DNA of 46,239 bases, taken from assembly GCA_031406795.1 (NCBI GenBank), contig JANOHV010000075.1:1-46239 (forward strand). Reading direction: 5' to 3'. Shown here in pieces: positions 10,138-22,655 of this stretch. The stretch's first letter is position 1. Every line of letters starts with the position of its first letter. This stretch comes from Candidatus Rokuibacteriota bacterium. Lineage in GTDB: Bacteria; JAUVQV01; DATDCY01. The notes below the pieces were generated by a model. It saw only the letters and a program-made list of their open reading frames with translations. It made no database searches and had not been told where the DNA came from. The translations under genes and the position numbers were made by a program.

Positions 10138-10163
10138 TTTATCAACGGTCCCGGCGGCGGCGA

Positions 10164-10179
10164 TGTTCCACGTGAAACA
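10164..10179. promoter_or_regulatory. parS: parS site 2
   Basis: TGTTCCACGTGAAACA matches the parS consensus. Confidence 0.93.
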
Positions 10180-10289
10180 ATCCTCCCAAGCTCTTGTGGC
10201 TTCTCCCCTTTCATCACCTGGAGGTGTGTGCTAGCATGCTGCGTATTCCGGGGGAAAGCGGCAGTGGCAGCATTCGGGAAAGGCGGAGC

Positions 10290-11102
10290 ATGGGACGGAT
10301 CATAGCCATCGCCAACCAGAAGGGCGGGGTTGGCAAAACCACCACCGCCGTAAATCTTGCCGCGGCGCTCGGCGTCGCCGAGAAGCGAACGCTGCTCATC
10401 GACATCGACCCCCAGGGAAATGCCACCAGCGGGACCGGTATCAGCAAACATGAGGTTCCCCTGAGCATCTACCATGTCCTGATCGGCGAGAAGACTCTGG
10501 CCGAGGTGGTCCTGCCGACGGCCATACCCTCACTGTTCGTCGCGCCCTCCAACATCAATCTCGCCGGTGCCGAACTGGAGCTCGTCAATCTTCCCGAACG
10601 CGAAACCAGGTTGCGGGACGCCGTCTTGCCCTGCCTTGAAGAGTACGACTACCTCATCATCGACTGCCCCCCCTCTCTTGGGCTCTTGACCGTCAACGCC
10701 CTGACCGCTGCCGGAAGCGTCCTGATTCCCCTGCAGTGCGAGTACTATGCTCTTGAGGGATTGAGCGAGCTTCTGAATACCATCGGCCTCATCCGGGCCA
10801 GCTTCAACCAGCAGCTCGCCATCGAGGGGATCCTGCTGACCATGTACACACCGCGAATGAACCTTTCCAAGCAGGTCGAGGATGAGATCCGCGAACATTT
10901 TCCCAACGAAGTGTGCCGCACGATCATCCCCCGCAATGTCCGTATCAGCGAGGCCCCGAGTTTCGGGCAACCCGTCATCCTCTATGATGTGCGCTCGAAG
11001 GGCGCAGAGTCCTACCTGCTGCTGGCTGAGGAGATTTTGACGCATGACCAGAAAAGTGCTGGGGCGGGGGCTGGGAGCCCTCATCCCGTCGAGAACGCCT
11101 GA
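10290..11102 (+). CDS. parA: Chromosome partitioning ATPase ParA/Soj
   Basis: IAIANQKGGVGKTTT, DPQGNAT, IDCPPSLG and EAPSFG motifs. Confidence 0.96.
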   Translation: MGRIIAIANQKGGVGKTTTAVNLAAALGVAEKRTLLIDIDPQGNATSGTGISKHEVPLSIYHVLIGEKTLAEVVLPTAIPSLFVAPSNINLAGAELELVNLPERETRLRDAVLPCLEEYDYLIIDCPPSLGLLTVNALTAAGSVLIPLQCEYYALEGLSELLNTIGLIRASFNQQLAIEGILLTMYTPRMNLSKQVEDEIREHFPNEVCRTIIPRNVRISEAPSFGQPVILYDVRSKGAESYLLLAEEILTHDQKSAGAGAGSPHPVENA

Positions 11103-11913
11103 ACATATCCCGGCTCCGGCGGCGATCGCCCCTTCGGCCGGGCTGCTTCAGCTTGACCTCGGAAAGATCGTCCCGAACCCCCATCAACCCCGCAAGGAGT
11201 TCGCGGCGGACAAGCTCGACGAGTTGTCGGCGTCAATCACCTCGCGCGGGATGATCCAGCCGGTCATCGTACGACCCCTGGGCGATGGCCGCTATGAACT
11301 CATTGCCGGGGAGCGCCGCTGGCGGGCCGCTGGACTGGCCGGCCTCGCGAAGATTCCCGCCGTGGTGCGCCACGCCGAGTCGGCGGAAGCCCTGGAGTTG
11401 GCGCTGATCGAGAACATCCAGCGTCAAGATCTGAACCCGATCGAGACGGCCCAGGCCTATCGGTACCTGGCCGAGACTTTCGATTTCTCCCACGAAGAAG
11501 TGGCGGCCAAGGTCGGCAAAGACCGCTCTTCGGTCACCAATCTTCTCCGGCTCCTGAACCTTCCCGAGGAGATCCAGCAGGACCTTGTTTCGGGAGCACT
11601 CAGCATGGGCCACGCCCGCGCGATTCTCGGGATCCAGGACCGCTCCGGTCAGCTTGCAGCCCGAGCCGCCGTGCTCGGAAAAGGTCTCTCCGTGCGCGAG
11701 ACCGAGCTGCTGGCAAAGCGCTTCGGCAGGCCAAAGAAAGACCAGCCGGGGAAAGATGTTAAAAAAGACATATATATCAATGAGTTGGAGAATTCGATGC
11801 GCGCTGCCCTCGGCACCAAGGTGACGATCAGGCACCACGGAAAGCGCGGCGTCATCGAGCTGCATTATTTTTCGGTCGAGGAACTCGACCGTCTCGCCAA
11901 CCACCTTCGCTAA
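11044..11913 (+). CDS. parB: Chromosome partitioning protein ParB
   Basis: LGRGLGALI, NPHQPRKEF, IAGERRWRA and ENIQRQDL motifs. Confidence 0.96.
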   Translation: MTRKVLGRGLGALIPSRTPEHIPAPAAIAPSAGLLQLDLGKIVPNPHQPRKEFAADKLDELSASITSRGMIQPVIVRPLGDGRYELIAGERRWRAAGLAGLAKIPAVVRHAESAEALELALIENIQRQDLNPIETAQAYRYLAETFDFSHEEVAAKVGKDRSSVTNLLRLLNLPEEIQQDLVSGALSMGHARAILGIQDRSGQLAARAAVLGKGLSVRETELLAKRFGRPKKDQPGKDVKKDIYINELENSMRAALGTKVTIRHHGKRGVIELHYFSVEELDRLANHLR

Positions 11914-11925
11914 AAGGAGTCTTGG

Positions 11926-12390
11926 ATGACACTCTCGGCCCGGTTGTTCGGAGAGGAAGAGCGCTCCACGAAAAAAGAACGCGTGCCGGCCGCCGCGAAC
12001 GGCAGCAACCTCAACGCCTTCCTCGGCGAGGGAACCAGCTTCAAGGGCACACTGACCTTCGAAGGAACCGTCAGGATCGACGGCCGCCTGGAGGGGGAGA
12101 TCTTCACCAAGGACACCCTGGTCATCGGTGAAGGCGCCCAGGTGAGCGCGGCCATCCACGCCGGCATCGTGGTGATCAGCGGCACGGTGCACGGCAACAT
12201 CACCGCCGAGCGCAAAGTCGACATCCACGCGAGCGGGCGGCTCTACGGCAACATCAGCACGCCGTCGCTGGTCATCGAGGAAGGCGTCATCTTCGAGGGC
12301 ACCTGCACCATGGGCAGCGGCGCCGAGCAGAGCGCGGAGCAGGCCGAAAAAGCTCATGCCGACGAGCGGGAGCGGCTCTTTTCCCGATAG
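11926..12390 (+). CDS. Bactofilin (polymer-forming cytoskeletal protein)
   Basis: Beta-helix repeats LGEGTSFKGTL..VRIDGRLEGEI..LVIGEGA..IEEGVIFEGTC. Confidence 0.9.
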   Translation: MTLSARLFGEEERSTKKERVPAAANGSNLNAFLGEGTSFKGTLTFEGTVRIDGRLEGEIFTKDTLVIGEGAQVSAAIHAGIVVISGTVHGNITAERKVDIHASGRLYGNISTPSLVIEEGVIFEGTCTMGSGAEQSAEQAEKAHADERERLFSR

Positions 12391-12406
12391 AACCCGGACT
12401 CACCTA

Positions 12407-12610
12407 GATCCGCGCGTACGCGCGGATCCAGCAGAACAGCAGGCCTCTCAACTCACCGGGAAAAGCCTGATTTCGCCCACGAAGAGCAGGGGGGGCAGCG
12501 GTCAAGCAACGCTTGCAGCGAGCATCACAGTCCGGTATGAGCCACAAAACCCGAAACACAAGACCAGCTAACAAACCTGCCTCAACTGATCCGCGCTTTA
12601 CGCGCGGATT
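12407..12610. repeat. Pair of related palindromes in the gap upstream of the atp operon
   Basis: GATCCGCGCGTACGCGCGGATC (12407-12428, perfect) and GATCCGCGCTTTACGCGCGGATT (12588-12610). Confidence 0.7.
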
Positions 12611-12628
12611 TGGGACTCATTTACCTAC

Positions 12629-12659
12629 TTGACAAAAAACGCCTACAATAAGGTAGAAT
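12629..12659 (+). promoter_or_regulatory. Putative atp operon promoter
   Basis: TTGACA followed by TAGAAT, but the spacer is 19 nt (suboptimal). Confidence 0.4.
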
Positions 12660-12704
12660 CCACGCGCTTCACCGGTCTTGTCGGTAACAGCGAGGAGAGG
12701 GTCC

Positions 12705-13130
12705 ATGCTCGACATTAACTGGACGTTTTTGACTCAGCTCGGCTTCTTCCTCGCCTACATGGCGATCGTCAACCTGTTCCTCTTCCGTCCGATGCGCGCC
12801 TACCTGGCGCGCCGACAGCGCACCATCGACAATCTCAGGGCCACGGCGGGGGGCTCCGAGTCCGCCCTTGGCGAACTCTCCGCGCAGTACACCCGCAAGA
12901 TCGGCGCGGCCCGCGAGGAGAACCTCTCCTGCCGAGCCGACGTTCGCCGGCAGGCCCTCGCCGAGCAGAAGACCCGGCTCGACGAGGCCAAGCGGCAGGC
13001 GGTTATCGCCATCGACGCCGCGGAGGATGACCTGGCGAAGGAAGTCGCCGCCGCCCGCGCTCACCTGGAGCGCGATGCCCAGACGCTCGCGGCGGCAATC
13101 TCCGCCAAAGTTCTCGGGAGGGCTTCGTAA
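12705..13130 (+). CDS. atpF2: ATP synthase F0 subunit b'
   Basis: MLDINWTFLTQL TM helix, LFRPM and coiled coil; first gene of the atp cluster. Confidence 0.88.
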   Translation: MLDINWTFLTQLGFFLAYMAIVNLFLFRPMRAYLARRQRTIDNLRATAGGSESALGELSAQYTRKIGAAREENLSCRADVRRQALAEQKTRLDEAKRQAVIAIDAAEDDLAKEVAAARAHLERDAQTLAAAISAKVLGRAS

Positions 13131-13717
13131 TGCGCCGCCTGTTCAGGACCGCCGCTGTGCTCACCCTGCCCGTGGTGCTGGGCGCCAGCGCCGCCTTCGC
13201 CTCCGCAGGGGGCGGGCACGAGGCAATGCCTCTCGACAAGATCCTCTGGGAGATGGGGATCAAGATCCTTGATGTCGCCATCATCGCTTTTTTCGGGTTC
13301 AAGTTGCTCTCCAAGCCGATCGCGCAGGCCATGGCCGACCGCAGCGCGGCAGTGCGCCGCGCCCTCGACGAGGCGACGGCCGGTCGCCGCGAGGCCGAGG
13401 CCCGCCTCGCCGAGTTCCAGGCGAAGGCTGCGGGACTCGACCTCGAGATCGAGGCGCTGCGCGTGCAGGCCGGCGCCGACATGGAGCGCGAACGCGCGAT
13501 GCTGATCCAGGAGGGCAAGGCCGCCGCCGAGCACGTCGCGCAGCATGCCCGCGAGACCATCCGCCAGGAGGTCGCCAAAGCCCGGGCCGAACTGCACCGC
13601 GATGCGGCCGACCTCGCCGTACGCCTCGCCGAACAGCAGGTGCGCTCGACGATGACCGCCGCGGATCAGAGCCGGCTCGCCGGCGACTACTTCAAGGAGA
13701 TGGAGGCCGCGCGATGA
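13130..13717 (+). CDS. atpF: ATP synthase F0 subunit b
   Basis: AFAS leader, TM segment, KPI..R coiled coil; precedes atpH. Confidence 0.88.
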   Translation: MRRLFRTAAVLTLPVVLGASAAFASAGGGHEAMPLDKILWEMGIKILDVAIIAFFGFKLLSKPIAQAMADRSAAVRRALDEATAGRREAEARLAEFQAKAAGLDLEIEALRVQAGADMERERAMLIQEGKAAAEHVAQHARETIRQEVAKARAELHRDAADLAVRLAEQQVRSTMTAADQSRLAGDYFKEMEAAR

Positions 13718-14267
13718 TCGCCCGAACCATCGGTCGCCGCTATGCCAAAGCCCTGATGGCCGTGACCATCGATCGCCGGGAACAACCCGAGGATCTGCTC
13801 GCCGAGCTTTCGGCCGTCGCGGCGGCCCTCGCGGGCGAGCCGCGCTTCGGGGAACTCATGAGCAACCCCAAAGTTCTTCTCTCGGAGCGCCTGGCTTCTC
13901 TCGGCCGGTTTCTGGACAGCCTGCAGCCCCGTCCGCTGGCCCGCCACTTCTTCGAGATGCTCCTGAACAAGGGGCGCCTCGGCGCGCTTCCCGAGATCGT
14001 CGATGAGTTCCGCCTCCTCGCCGACGAGCGGGCAGGGGTGATCCGGGCCGCGGTGACCTCGGCCGCGCCGCTCGCCGACACGGACACCGAGCGCCTGCGC
14101 GCGATCCTCGGCGCCCGCTTCGGCAAGACCGTCGTTCTCACCAGCGCCGTCGACCCCGGGCTCATCGGGGGTCTGGTCGTGCGGATCGGCAGCCTCTCGT
14201 TCGACGGGAGCATCCGCTCGCAACTCGCCGCCATTCACCGTCAACTCCTGGAAGAGGTGACCTTTTC

Positions 14268-14271
<4 letters not shown>
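13714..14271 (+). CDS. atpH: ATP synthase F1 subunit delta
   Basis: [15 protein letters not shown] and DGSIRSQL motifs. Confidence 0.94.
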
Positions 14272-15776
<1,505 letters not shown>

Positions 15777-15809
15777 GCGAGCTCTCCCGGAACCGGCAGG
15801 AGATCAGCG

Positions 15810-16664
15810 ATGGCGAACCTCCGCGACATCAAGCGGCGGATCAAGAGCGTCAAGAGCACGCAGCAGATCACCAAGGCCATGAAGCTGGTCTCGGCGGCGA
15901 AACTGCGTCGGGCCCAGGAGCGCGCGCTGGCCTACCGCGACTACGCCGACGGCATCCGTGAGGTCGCCGTGCACCTCGCGGCGCTCGGCGGCGCCGAGGG
16001 CAACCCGCTCGCCGAGACGCGCGAGACCCGGGCGATCGATCTGATCGTCGTTTCCTCCGACAAGGGCCTCGCCGGCAGCTTCAACTCCAACGTGCTCAAC
16101 GCCTCGCGGCGCTTCATCCACGAGAGGGCCGACACGGCAGTCAGCATCGTGGCCGTCGGGAAGAAGACCCGCGACTTCTCGCGCCGCCGCAGCTGGGCGA
16201 TCGTCGACGAATATCTCGACACCTTCCGCGGCGTCAACCGCCCGATGGCCGCCGTGATCTCCCGCCAGGCCACCGAGCGCTTCCTCGGCGGCCAGAGCGA
16301 CGAGGTCTGGCTGCTCTACAACGAGTTCGTGTCGGTCATGACCCAGAAAGTGGTGCTGCGCCGGCTGCTGCCTCTCGAGGGCGCGGAGGCCGAGGAAGCC
16401 GGCGGCGATCCGATCTTCGAGCCGAACCGCGCCGAAATCGCCCGCCAGCTCTTCCCCGAGCTGGTCCTGAGCCAGATCTACCGCGCCCTGCTCGAGAGTT
16501 CCGCCAGCGAGCACGGGGCGCGCATGGCCGCGATGGACTCCTCGACGCGCAACGCCGGCGAGATGATCGCAAAACTGACCCTGATCTACAACCGTGCCCG
16601 CCAGGCCGTCATCACCAAGGAGTTGATCGAGGTGGTGAGCGGCGCCGATGCACTGGCCGGCTAA
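15810..16664 (+). CDS. atpG: ATP synthase F1 subunit gamma
   Basis: QITKAMKLVSAAK and YNRARQAVITKELIEVVSGA motifs. Confidence 0.98.
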   Translation: MANLRDIKRRIKSVKSTQQITKAMKLVSAAKLRRAQERALAYRDYADGIREVAVHLAALGGAEGNPLAETRETRAIDLIVVSSDKGLAGSFNSNVLNASRRFIHERADTAVSIVAVGKKTRDFSRRRSWAIVDEYLDTFRGVNRPMAAVISRQATERFLGGQSDEVWLLYNEFVSVMTQKVVLRRLLPLEGAEAEEAGGDPIFEPNRAEIARQLFPELVLSQIYRALLESSASEHGARMAAMDSSTRNAGEMIAKLTLIYNRARQAVITKELIEVVSGADALAG

Positions 16665-16683
16665 CACGAACACATGAAAATTG

Positions 16684-16807
16684 CAGGTTGCTCAAAAAGG
16701 TCCAGGTGCAAGGCGGGCGAAGGCCCGAGGAATGAGGCGTACGAGTTGTACGCCGCAGTGACGAGGGATGAGCCCAACGCCGCAGATGGGCCTTTTTCAG
16801 CGACCTG
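16684..16807. mobile_element. ~124-bp MITE-like element with terminal inverted repeats
   Basis: Left end CAGGTTGCTCAAAAAGGTCCA versus reverse complement of right end CAGGTCGCTGAAAAAGGCCCA (18/21); internal hairpin GCGTAC-GAGTT-GTACGC; no ORF. Confidence 0.75.
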
Positions 16808-16812
16808 TTTAA

Positions 16813-18369
<1,557 letters not shown>

Positions 18370-18807
18370 GTGAGCACCGCAACGACGACCGGCCTGCTGT
18401 TGCTCAAGGTCCTCACGCCCGAGGGCTCGATTCTCGAGGGCGACGTCTCCGAGGTCACCCTGCCGGGCAGCGAAGGCGAGCTCGGGGTGCTGCCTGCGCA
18501 CGCGGCGCTGCTGACGAAGCTCATACCCGGCGTGCTGGCCTACCGCGCGCCGGACGGGCAGGGGACCATCGCCGTCGGCCGCGGGGTGGCCGAAGTCCGC
18601 GACGACCGGGTGATCGTTCTGGTGGAGAGGGCCGTGCCGGCCGAGCTGATCGACGCCGCCGCCCTCGATCTGCGGCGCAAGCAGCTGTTCGCCGAACGCG
18701 ACTCCGGCGTGGCCGAGGAGCGGCTCGAGGCGATCGGGGAAGAACTCGCGCTCCTCGAGGTGCAGCTGAGCATCGCCCGCCCCGGCAGCCCCGAACCTGG
18801 GCACTGA
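18370..18807 (+). CDS. atpC: ATP synthase F1 subunit epsilon
   Basis: LKVLTPEG and GSEGELGVLPAHA motifs. Confidence 0.93.
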   Translation: MSTATTTGLLLLKVLTPEGSILEGDVSEVTLPGSEGELGVLPAHAALLTKLIPGVLAYRAPDGQGTIAVGRGVAEVRDDRVIVLVERAVPAELIDAAALDLRRKQLFAERDSGVAEERLEAIGEELALLEVQLSIARPGSPEPGH

Positions 18808-19555
18808 CCGGGACCACGGCGGACTGATCCTCAGGCAGCCGGAGCGCGGGTACCGCTACAGCCTCGACCCGTTCCTGCTCGCCGACTTCTGCCGGCCTCG
18901 AGCCGGCGAGCGCATCCTCGATCTCGGCGCGGGCGTCGGGGTGATCGGCCTGCTGCTCGCGAAACGCCATCCGACCGTCAGCGTTACCGCCATCGAGCTG
19001 CAGCCTGAGCTTGCGCGCTTTGCGGCTGAAAATGCCCGCTCCAATGCCCTGGAGGACCGCTGCCGAGTCATCCGCGGCGACCTGCGCGATGCGCCACGGT
19101 TTCTGCCGCCGGAGCACTTCCACCGGGTGGTCGCCAACCCGCCGTTTCGCCGGCCGGGCTCCGGCGCGACTCCCCCCGACCCCGGCAGGGCCCGCGCCCG
19201 GCTGGAGTTGAGCTTCACCCTCACCGACCTCGCCCGAACGAGCGCGGCGCTGCTGCGATTCGGCGGAACGCTCGGCGTGATCCATCTGGCGGAGCGCCTG
19301 CCGGAACTCTGTCACGCCCTGGCGGCAGCCGGTCTGACGCCAAAAAAACTCCGCCTCGTCGCCGCCCGCGCAACCGCGGCGCCGCGGCTCTGTCTGGTCT
19401 CGGCCATCAAGGGGGGGCGGCCCGGTCTTGCCGTGCTGCCGCAGCTCACGCTTCACGATGCGGGGGGGCGGTATACCGACGCCGTGGCCGCGTTGCTGCG
19501 GGAGCAGGGCGCCGACAAGCCGGCGGGAGTCAAAAAACACTCACCTGACGAATAG
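18797..19555 (+). CDS. tRNA1(Val) A37 N6-methyltransferase-like (TrmN6/YfiC) SAM methyltransferase; start uncertain
   Basis: In-frame QPERGYRYSLDPFLLADF and ILDLGAGVGVI lie upstream of the ORF-track GTG (18941); VVANPPF motif; AR(L)E motif. Confidence 0.8.
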   Translation: MGTDRDHGGLILRQPERGYRYSLDPFLLADFCRPRAGERILDLGAGVGVIGLLLAKRHPTVSVTAIELQPELARFAAENARSNALEDRCRVIRGDLRDAPRFLPPEHFHRVVANPPFRRPGSGATPPDPGRARARLELSFTLTDLARTSAALLRFGGTLGVIHLAERLPELCHALAAAGLTPKKLRLVAARATAAPRLCLVSAIKGGRPGLAVLPQLTLHDAGGRYTDAVAALLREQGADKPAGVKKHSPDE

Positions 19556-19584
19556 TTGCGACACTGTCGCGTTTGTACTATATT
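19556..19584 (+). promoter_or_regulatory. Putative sigma70 promoter
   Basis: TTGCGA-17-TATATT, upstream of a GGAG SD and ATG 19609. Confidence 0.5.
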
Positions 19585-19608
19585 CCTCCGCACGGAGACT
19601 AAAAGAAA

Positions 19609-20103
19609 ATGGTGCCCGGATTCAATACGGATTTCAAGTACCGCGGAGAGACCTACCACGTGCAGACCGAAGACAACGGGGTGGGCAACCCGGTGGTGGT
19701 CACGCTGCTCTACCACAAGGGAGCGATCCTCGCCTCCCGTCGGACGCCGTACCACGAGCTGGCCGGCAAGCCCGGGTTCGAGCAGGAACTCATGGGACTC
19801 ATGAAGAGCCAGCACAAGGATCTGATGCGTGCTCTGCTGGCCGGCGCCTATGACAAGAACGGGGCCGCGCCCGCGATTGCCGGGAGCAGCGGCGAACACC
19901 CCTCCGACGCTGCCGCCGCGGTTGCCGGCACGGCGCCACCCCCGCCGCTCGAGCCCAAGCCCGCCATCAGGCCCCTGCGCGCCCCGCGCGCGAACGACGC
20001 TGCGTGCCAGACGGCGGCGCCCCCGACGTCAGCATTGACGCTCGACGAAGCCATCCGCAACTACCTGGAGAGCTTTGCCGCGACGGCGGCCGCAGCCAAC
20101 TGA
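19609..20103 (+). CDS. Conserved hypothetical protein
   Basis: SD GGAG; globular N-terminus (GFNTDFKYRGETYHVQTED...MKSQHK), Ala/Pro linker and C-terminal LDEAIRNYL helix. Confidence 0.75.
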   Translation: MVPGFNTDFKYRGETYHVQTEDNGVGNPVVVTLLYHKGAILASRRTPYHELAGKPGFEQELMGLMKSQHKDLMRALLAGAYDKNGAAPAIAGSSGEHPSDAAAAVAGTAPPPPLEPKPAIRPLRAPRANDAACQTAAPPTSALTLDEAIRNYLESFAATAAAAN

Positions 20104-20158
20104 GACGATCGGCACCTGGCGAGAGCCCGGCGAACCACTAAAGGAGCCGCGAAAACGA

Positions 20159-21538
20159 ATGGGAGTGTTCAAGCAGAGAAACCTGGGATCCGCGACGATC
20201 GTCCTGCTCGCACTCGTCGCGAGTCTCGTCGTGGGGGTGAGCAACTTCGAAGCTGCCACCGGCAGAGAGACCTACGACAAGCTCAAGCTGTTCTCCGAGG
20301 TTCTCTCGCTCGTCGAATCCAGCTATGTCGACGAAGTCGACTCGGGCAAGCTCGTCCAGGGCGCCATCCGCGGCATGCTCAAGGAACTCGACCCGCACAC
20401 GGCGTACATGGACGAAGAGATGTTCAACGAAATGCAGGTCGACACCAAAGGAGAGTTCGGCGGGCTGGGGATCACGATCGGCCTCAAGGCCGACGAGCTC
20501 ACGGAGATTTCGCCGATCGAGGACACACCGGCCTGGCGCGCCGGGATCCTGGCCGGCGACCGCATCATCAAAGTCGACGGCGAGAGCACCAAGAACATGA
20601 GCGTCGAGAACGCGGTCAAGAAGATGCGCGGGGTGCCGGGGACGCCGATCACCGTTTCGATCATGCGCGACGATTTCAAGGAGCCGAAAGACTTCACCAT
20701 CGTCCGCGACGTCATCAAGCTCAAGAGCGTCAAGTCCCGGATCATCGACAATGCGGTCGGCTACATCCGCGTCACTCAGTTTCAGGAACGCACCGAAGCC
20801 GACCTCGAGCAGGCCCTGGCCGCCCTGTGGACGCAAAACGCCGCCCTCAAGGGGCTCATCCTCGATCTGCGCAACAACCCGGGAGGTCTGCTCGAGCAGG
20901 CCGTGCAGGTTTCCGGGTCGTTCCTGGAGAAAGGCAAGCTGGTGGTCTACACCAAGGGACGGAAGGCGAACAACAATGTCGAGTACAAGGTGCGCGGCAA
21001 TGGCGGGCGCACCGCCTTCCCGATGGTCATCCTCGTCAACCACGGCTCGGCCTCCGCCTCGGAGATCGTGGCGGGCGCTCTCCAGGACTGGGGCCGCGCG
21101 GTCATCCTCGGCGTCGACACCTTCGGCAAGGGTTCGGTCCAGACCGTGATCCCGCTTGAGGACGGCTCCGGCTTGCGCCTGACAACGGCGAAATACTACA
21201 CGCCGAAGGGCCGCTCGATCCAGAACACCGGGATCAAGCCCGACATCATCGTCCCGGCCGCGGTCATTCAGGTCAAGAAGGCCGGTGAGAGCCAGCTCGC
21301 GAAAGAAAGGGACCTCGACGGGCATCTCGCCAACGAGACCGAGCCTGCGCCCGCGGGCACGCCGCCGCCCGCCACGCCGGTAAGACCCGCGCTCGAAAAC
21401 GAAGAGGACGCGGATCCCGAAGCTTTCGAAGCGACGAGCGACGAGGAGGACTTCCAGCTCCAGCGGGCCCTGGACCTGCTCAAGACCTGGGACATCTTCC
21501 ACAAGAACCAGGGTGCCTCCACCGCGAAAGCGGACTAG
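20159..21538 (+). CDS. ctpA: Carboxy-terminal processing protease (S41, PDZ)
   Basis: LDPHT, GEFGGLG, DLRNNPGGLL, SASASEIVAGALQD and FGKGSVQ motifs. Confidence 0.95.
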   Translation: MGVFKQRNLGSATIVLLALVASLVVGVSNFEAATGRETYDKLKLFSEVLSLVESSYVDEVDSGKLVQGAIRGMLKELDPHTAYMDEEMFNEMQVDTKGEFGGLGITIGLKADELTEISPIEDTPAWRAGILAGDRIIKVDGESTKNMSVENAVKKMRGVPGTPITVSIMRDDFKEPKDFTIVRDVIKLKSVKSRIIDNAVGYIRVTQFQERTEADLEQALAALWTQNAALKGLILDLRNNPGGLLEQAVQVSGSFLEKGKLVVYTKGRKANNNVEYKVRGNGGRTAFPMVILVNHGSASASEIVAGALQDWGRAVILGVDTFGKGSVQTVIPLEDGSGLRLTTAKYYTPKGRSIQNTGIKPDIIVPAAVIQVKKAGESQLAKERDLDGHLANETEPAPAGTPPPATPVRPALENEEDADPEAFEATSDEEDFQLQRALDLLKTWDIFHKNQGASTAKAD

Positions 21539-21539
21539 C

Positions 21540-22655
21540 GTGGCCGCACGCCCCCGGAGGCGTCGGCGCGTTGCGCCCCGGCTGCGCTTCCGACGCTGGC
21601 TGCGCCGACAGGATCGCCTCACGCGCGTGCTCGCGATTGCGGTGATCGCGCTCTCGATCGTGGTGGTTGCACTGATGGCCCGGCTTCGCGACGGGACCCC
21701 GCCGAATGCCGGAGCCGCGCGCGGCGCACGTACCGGCGAAGCCATTTCGCAGGCGACGACGAAACGGGCACCCGCGGTGCGGGGCCACCCCGCGCGAACG
21801 CCGGGGAAGGCGCCAACGCCGCAATCCTTGTCGCCGCAAAAGGCGACGCCCGTTCTTGCTCGAACGGCGACTGCCGCATCCGATCACCCCGGCGGCCCGC
21901 GCCTCGCCATCGTCATCGACGATCTGGGGCAGAGCTACACCCATTTCGAGCAGCTGGCCGGCCTGGACATCCCGCTTTCGATCGCCATAATCCCCGGGCT
22001 GCCGGCTTCGGCGCGCACGGTGAGCGAGGCCTCCCGGCGCGGCATCGAGATGCTCCTGCACCAGCCGATGGAACCGCACGAGGAAGGGGGCAAGAACCCC
22101 GGCGCGGGCGTGCTGCTGACTTCGATGACCGCGGCGGCCCTGCGCGCGCAGGTACGCGCCGGTCTTGCCGCGGTTCCCGGCGCTGTCGGCGTGAACAACC
22201 ACATGGGCTCGCGGTTCACCGAGGACCCCGCCGGCCTCGGCGCCCTGATGGCCGAACTCAAGGAGCACGGCCTGTTCTGGCTCGACAGCCGGACCACGGC
22301 CGCGACCCGCGGCGTCGAGGCAGCGCATGCCGCCGGCGTGCCGGCGCTCGAACGCGACATTTTCATCGATGCCGAGGTCAGCAGCGATGCCATCCGCGGC
22401 CAGGTGCGCAAACTCGTCGAAACGGCGCGAAGCCGCGGTGCGGCCGTGGGTATCGGCCACCCGCACCCGGAAACGATCGCGGTCCTGCGCGAGCTGCGCT
22501 CGGAACTGCTCGCCTCCGGCGTGAGCCTGGTCGGTGTTTCGGCACTCCTGCGCAGCTCCCCCGTGGGCGGCCCGGGCGCGAGGCTCGCCGCCGCGCTGAC
22601 GGACAAGGCCGGCAGTGGCGGCACGGCAGCAGCAACGAAGGCGGCGACGCCGTGA
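21540..22655 (+). CDS. Divergent polysaccharide deacetylase family protein
   Basis: AIVIDDLG, LHQPMEP, VNNHMGSRFT, LDSRT and IGHP motifs; N-terminal TM. Confidence 0.9.
   Translation: MAARPRRRRRVAPRLRFRRWLRRQDRLTRVLAIAVIALSIVVVALMARLRDGTPPNAGAARGARTGEAISQATTKRAPAVRGHPARTPGKAPTPQSLSPQKATPVLARTATAASDHPGGPRLAIVIDDLGQSYTHFEQLAGLDIPLSIAIIPGLPASARTVSEASRRGIEMLLHQPMEPHEEGGKNPGAGVLLTSMTAAALRAQVRAGLAAVPGAVGVNNHMGSRFTEDPAGLGALMAELKEHGLFWLDSRTTAATRGVEAAHAAGVPALERDIFIDAEVSSDAIRGQVRKLVETARSRGAAVGIGHPHPETIAVLRELRSELLASGVSLVGVSALLRSSPVGGPGARLAAALTDKAGSGGTAAATKAATP

Noticed and set aside
11044-11102. 59-nt parA/parB overlap as a frameshift
   Set aside because: Both proteins are complete; a short ParA tail overlapping parB is unremarkable.
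18767-18807. Selenocysteine read-through of TGA near the atpC/methyltransferase junction
   Set aside because: The atpC stop is in a different frame from the methyltransferase, and neither position corresponds to a conserved Cys or an evident SECIS.
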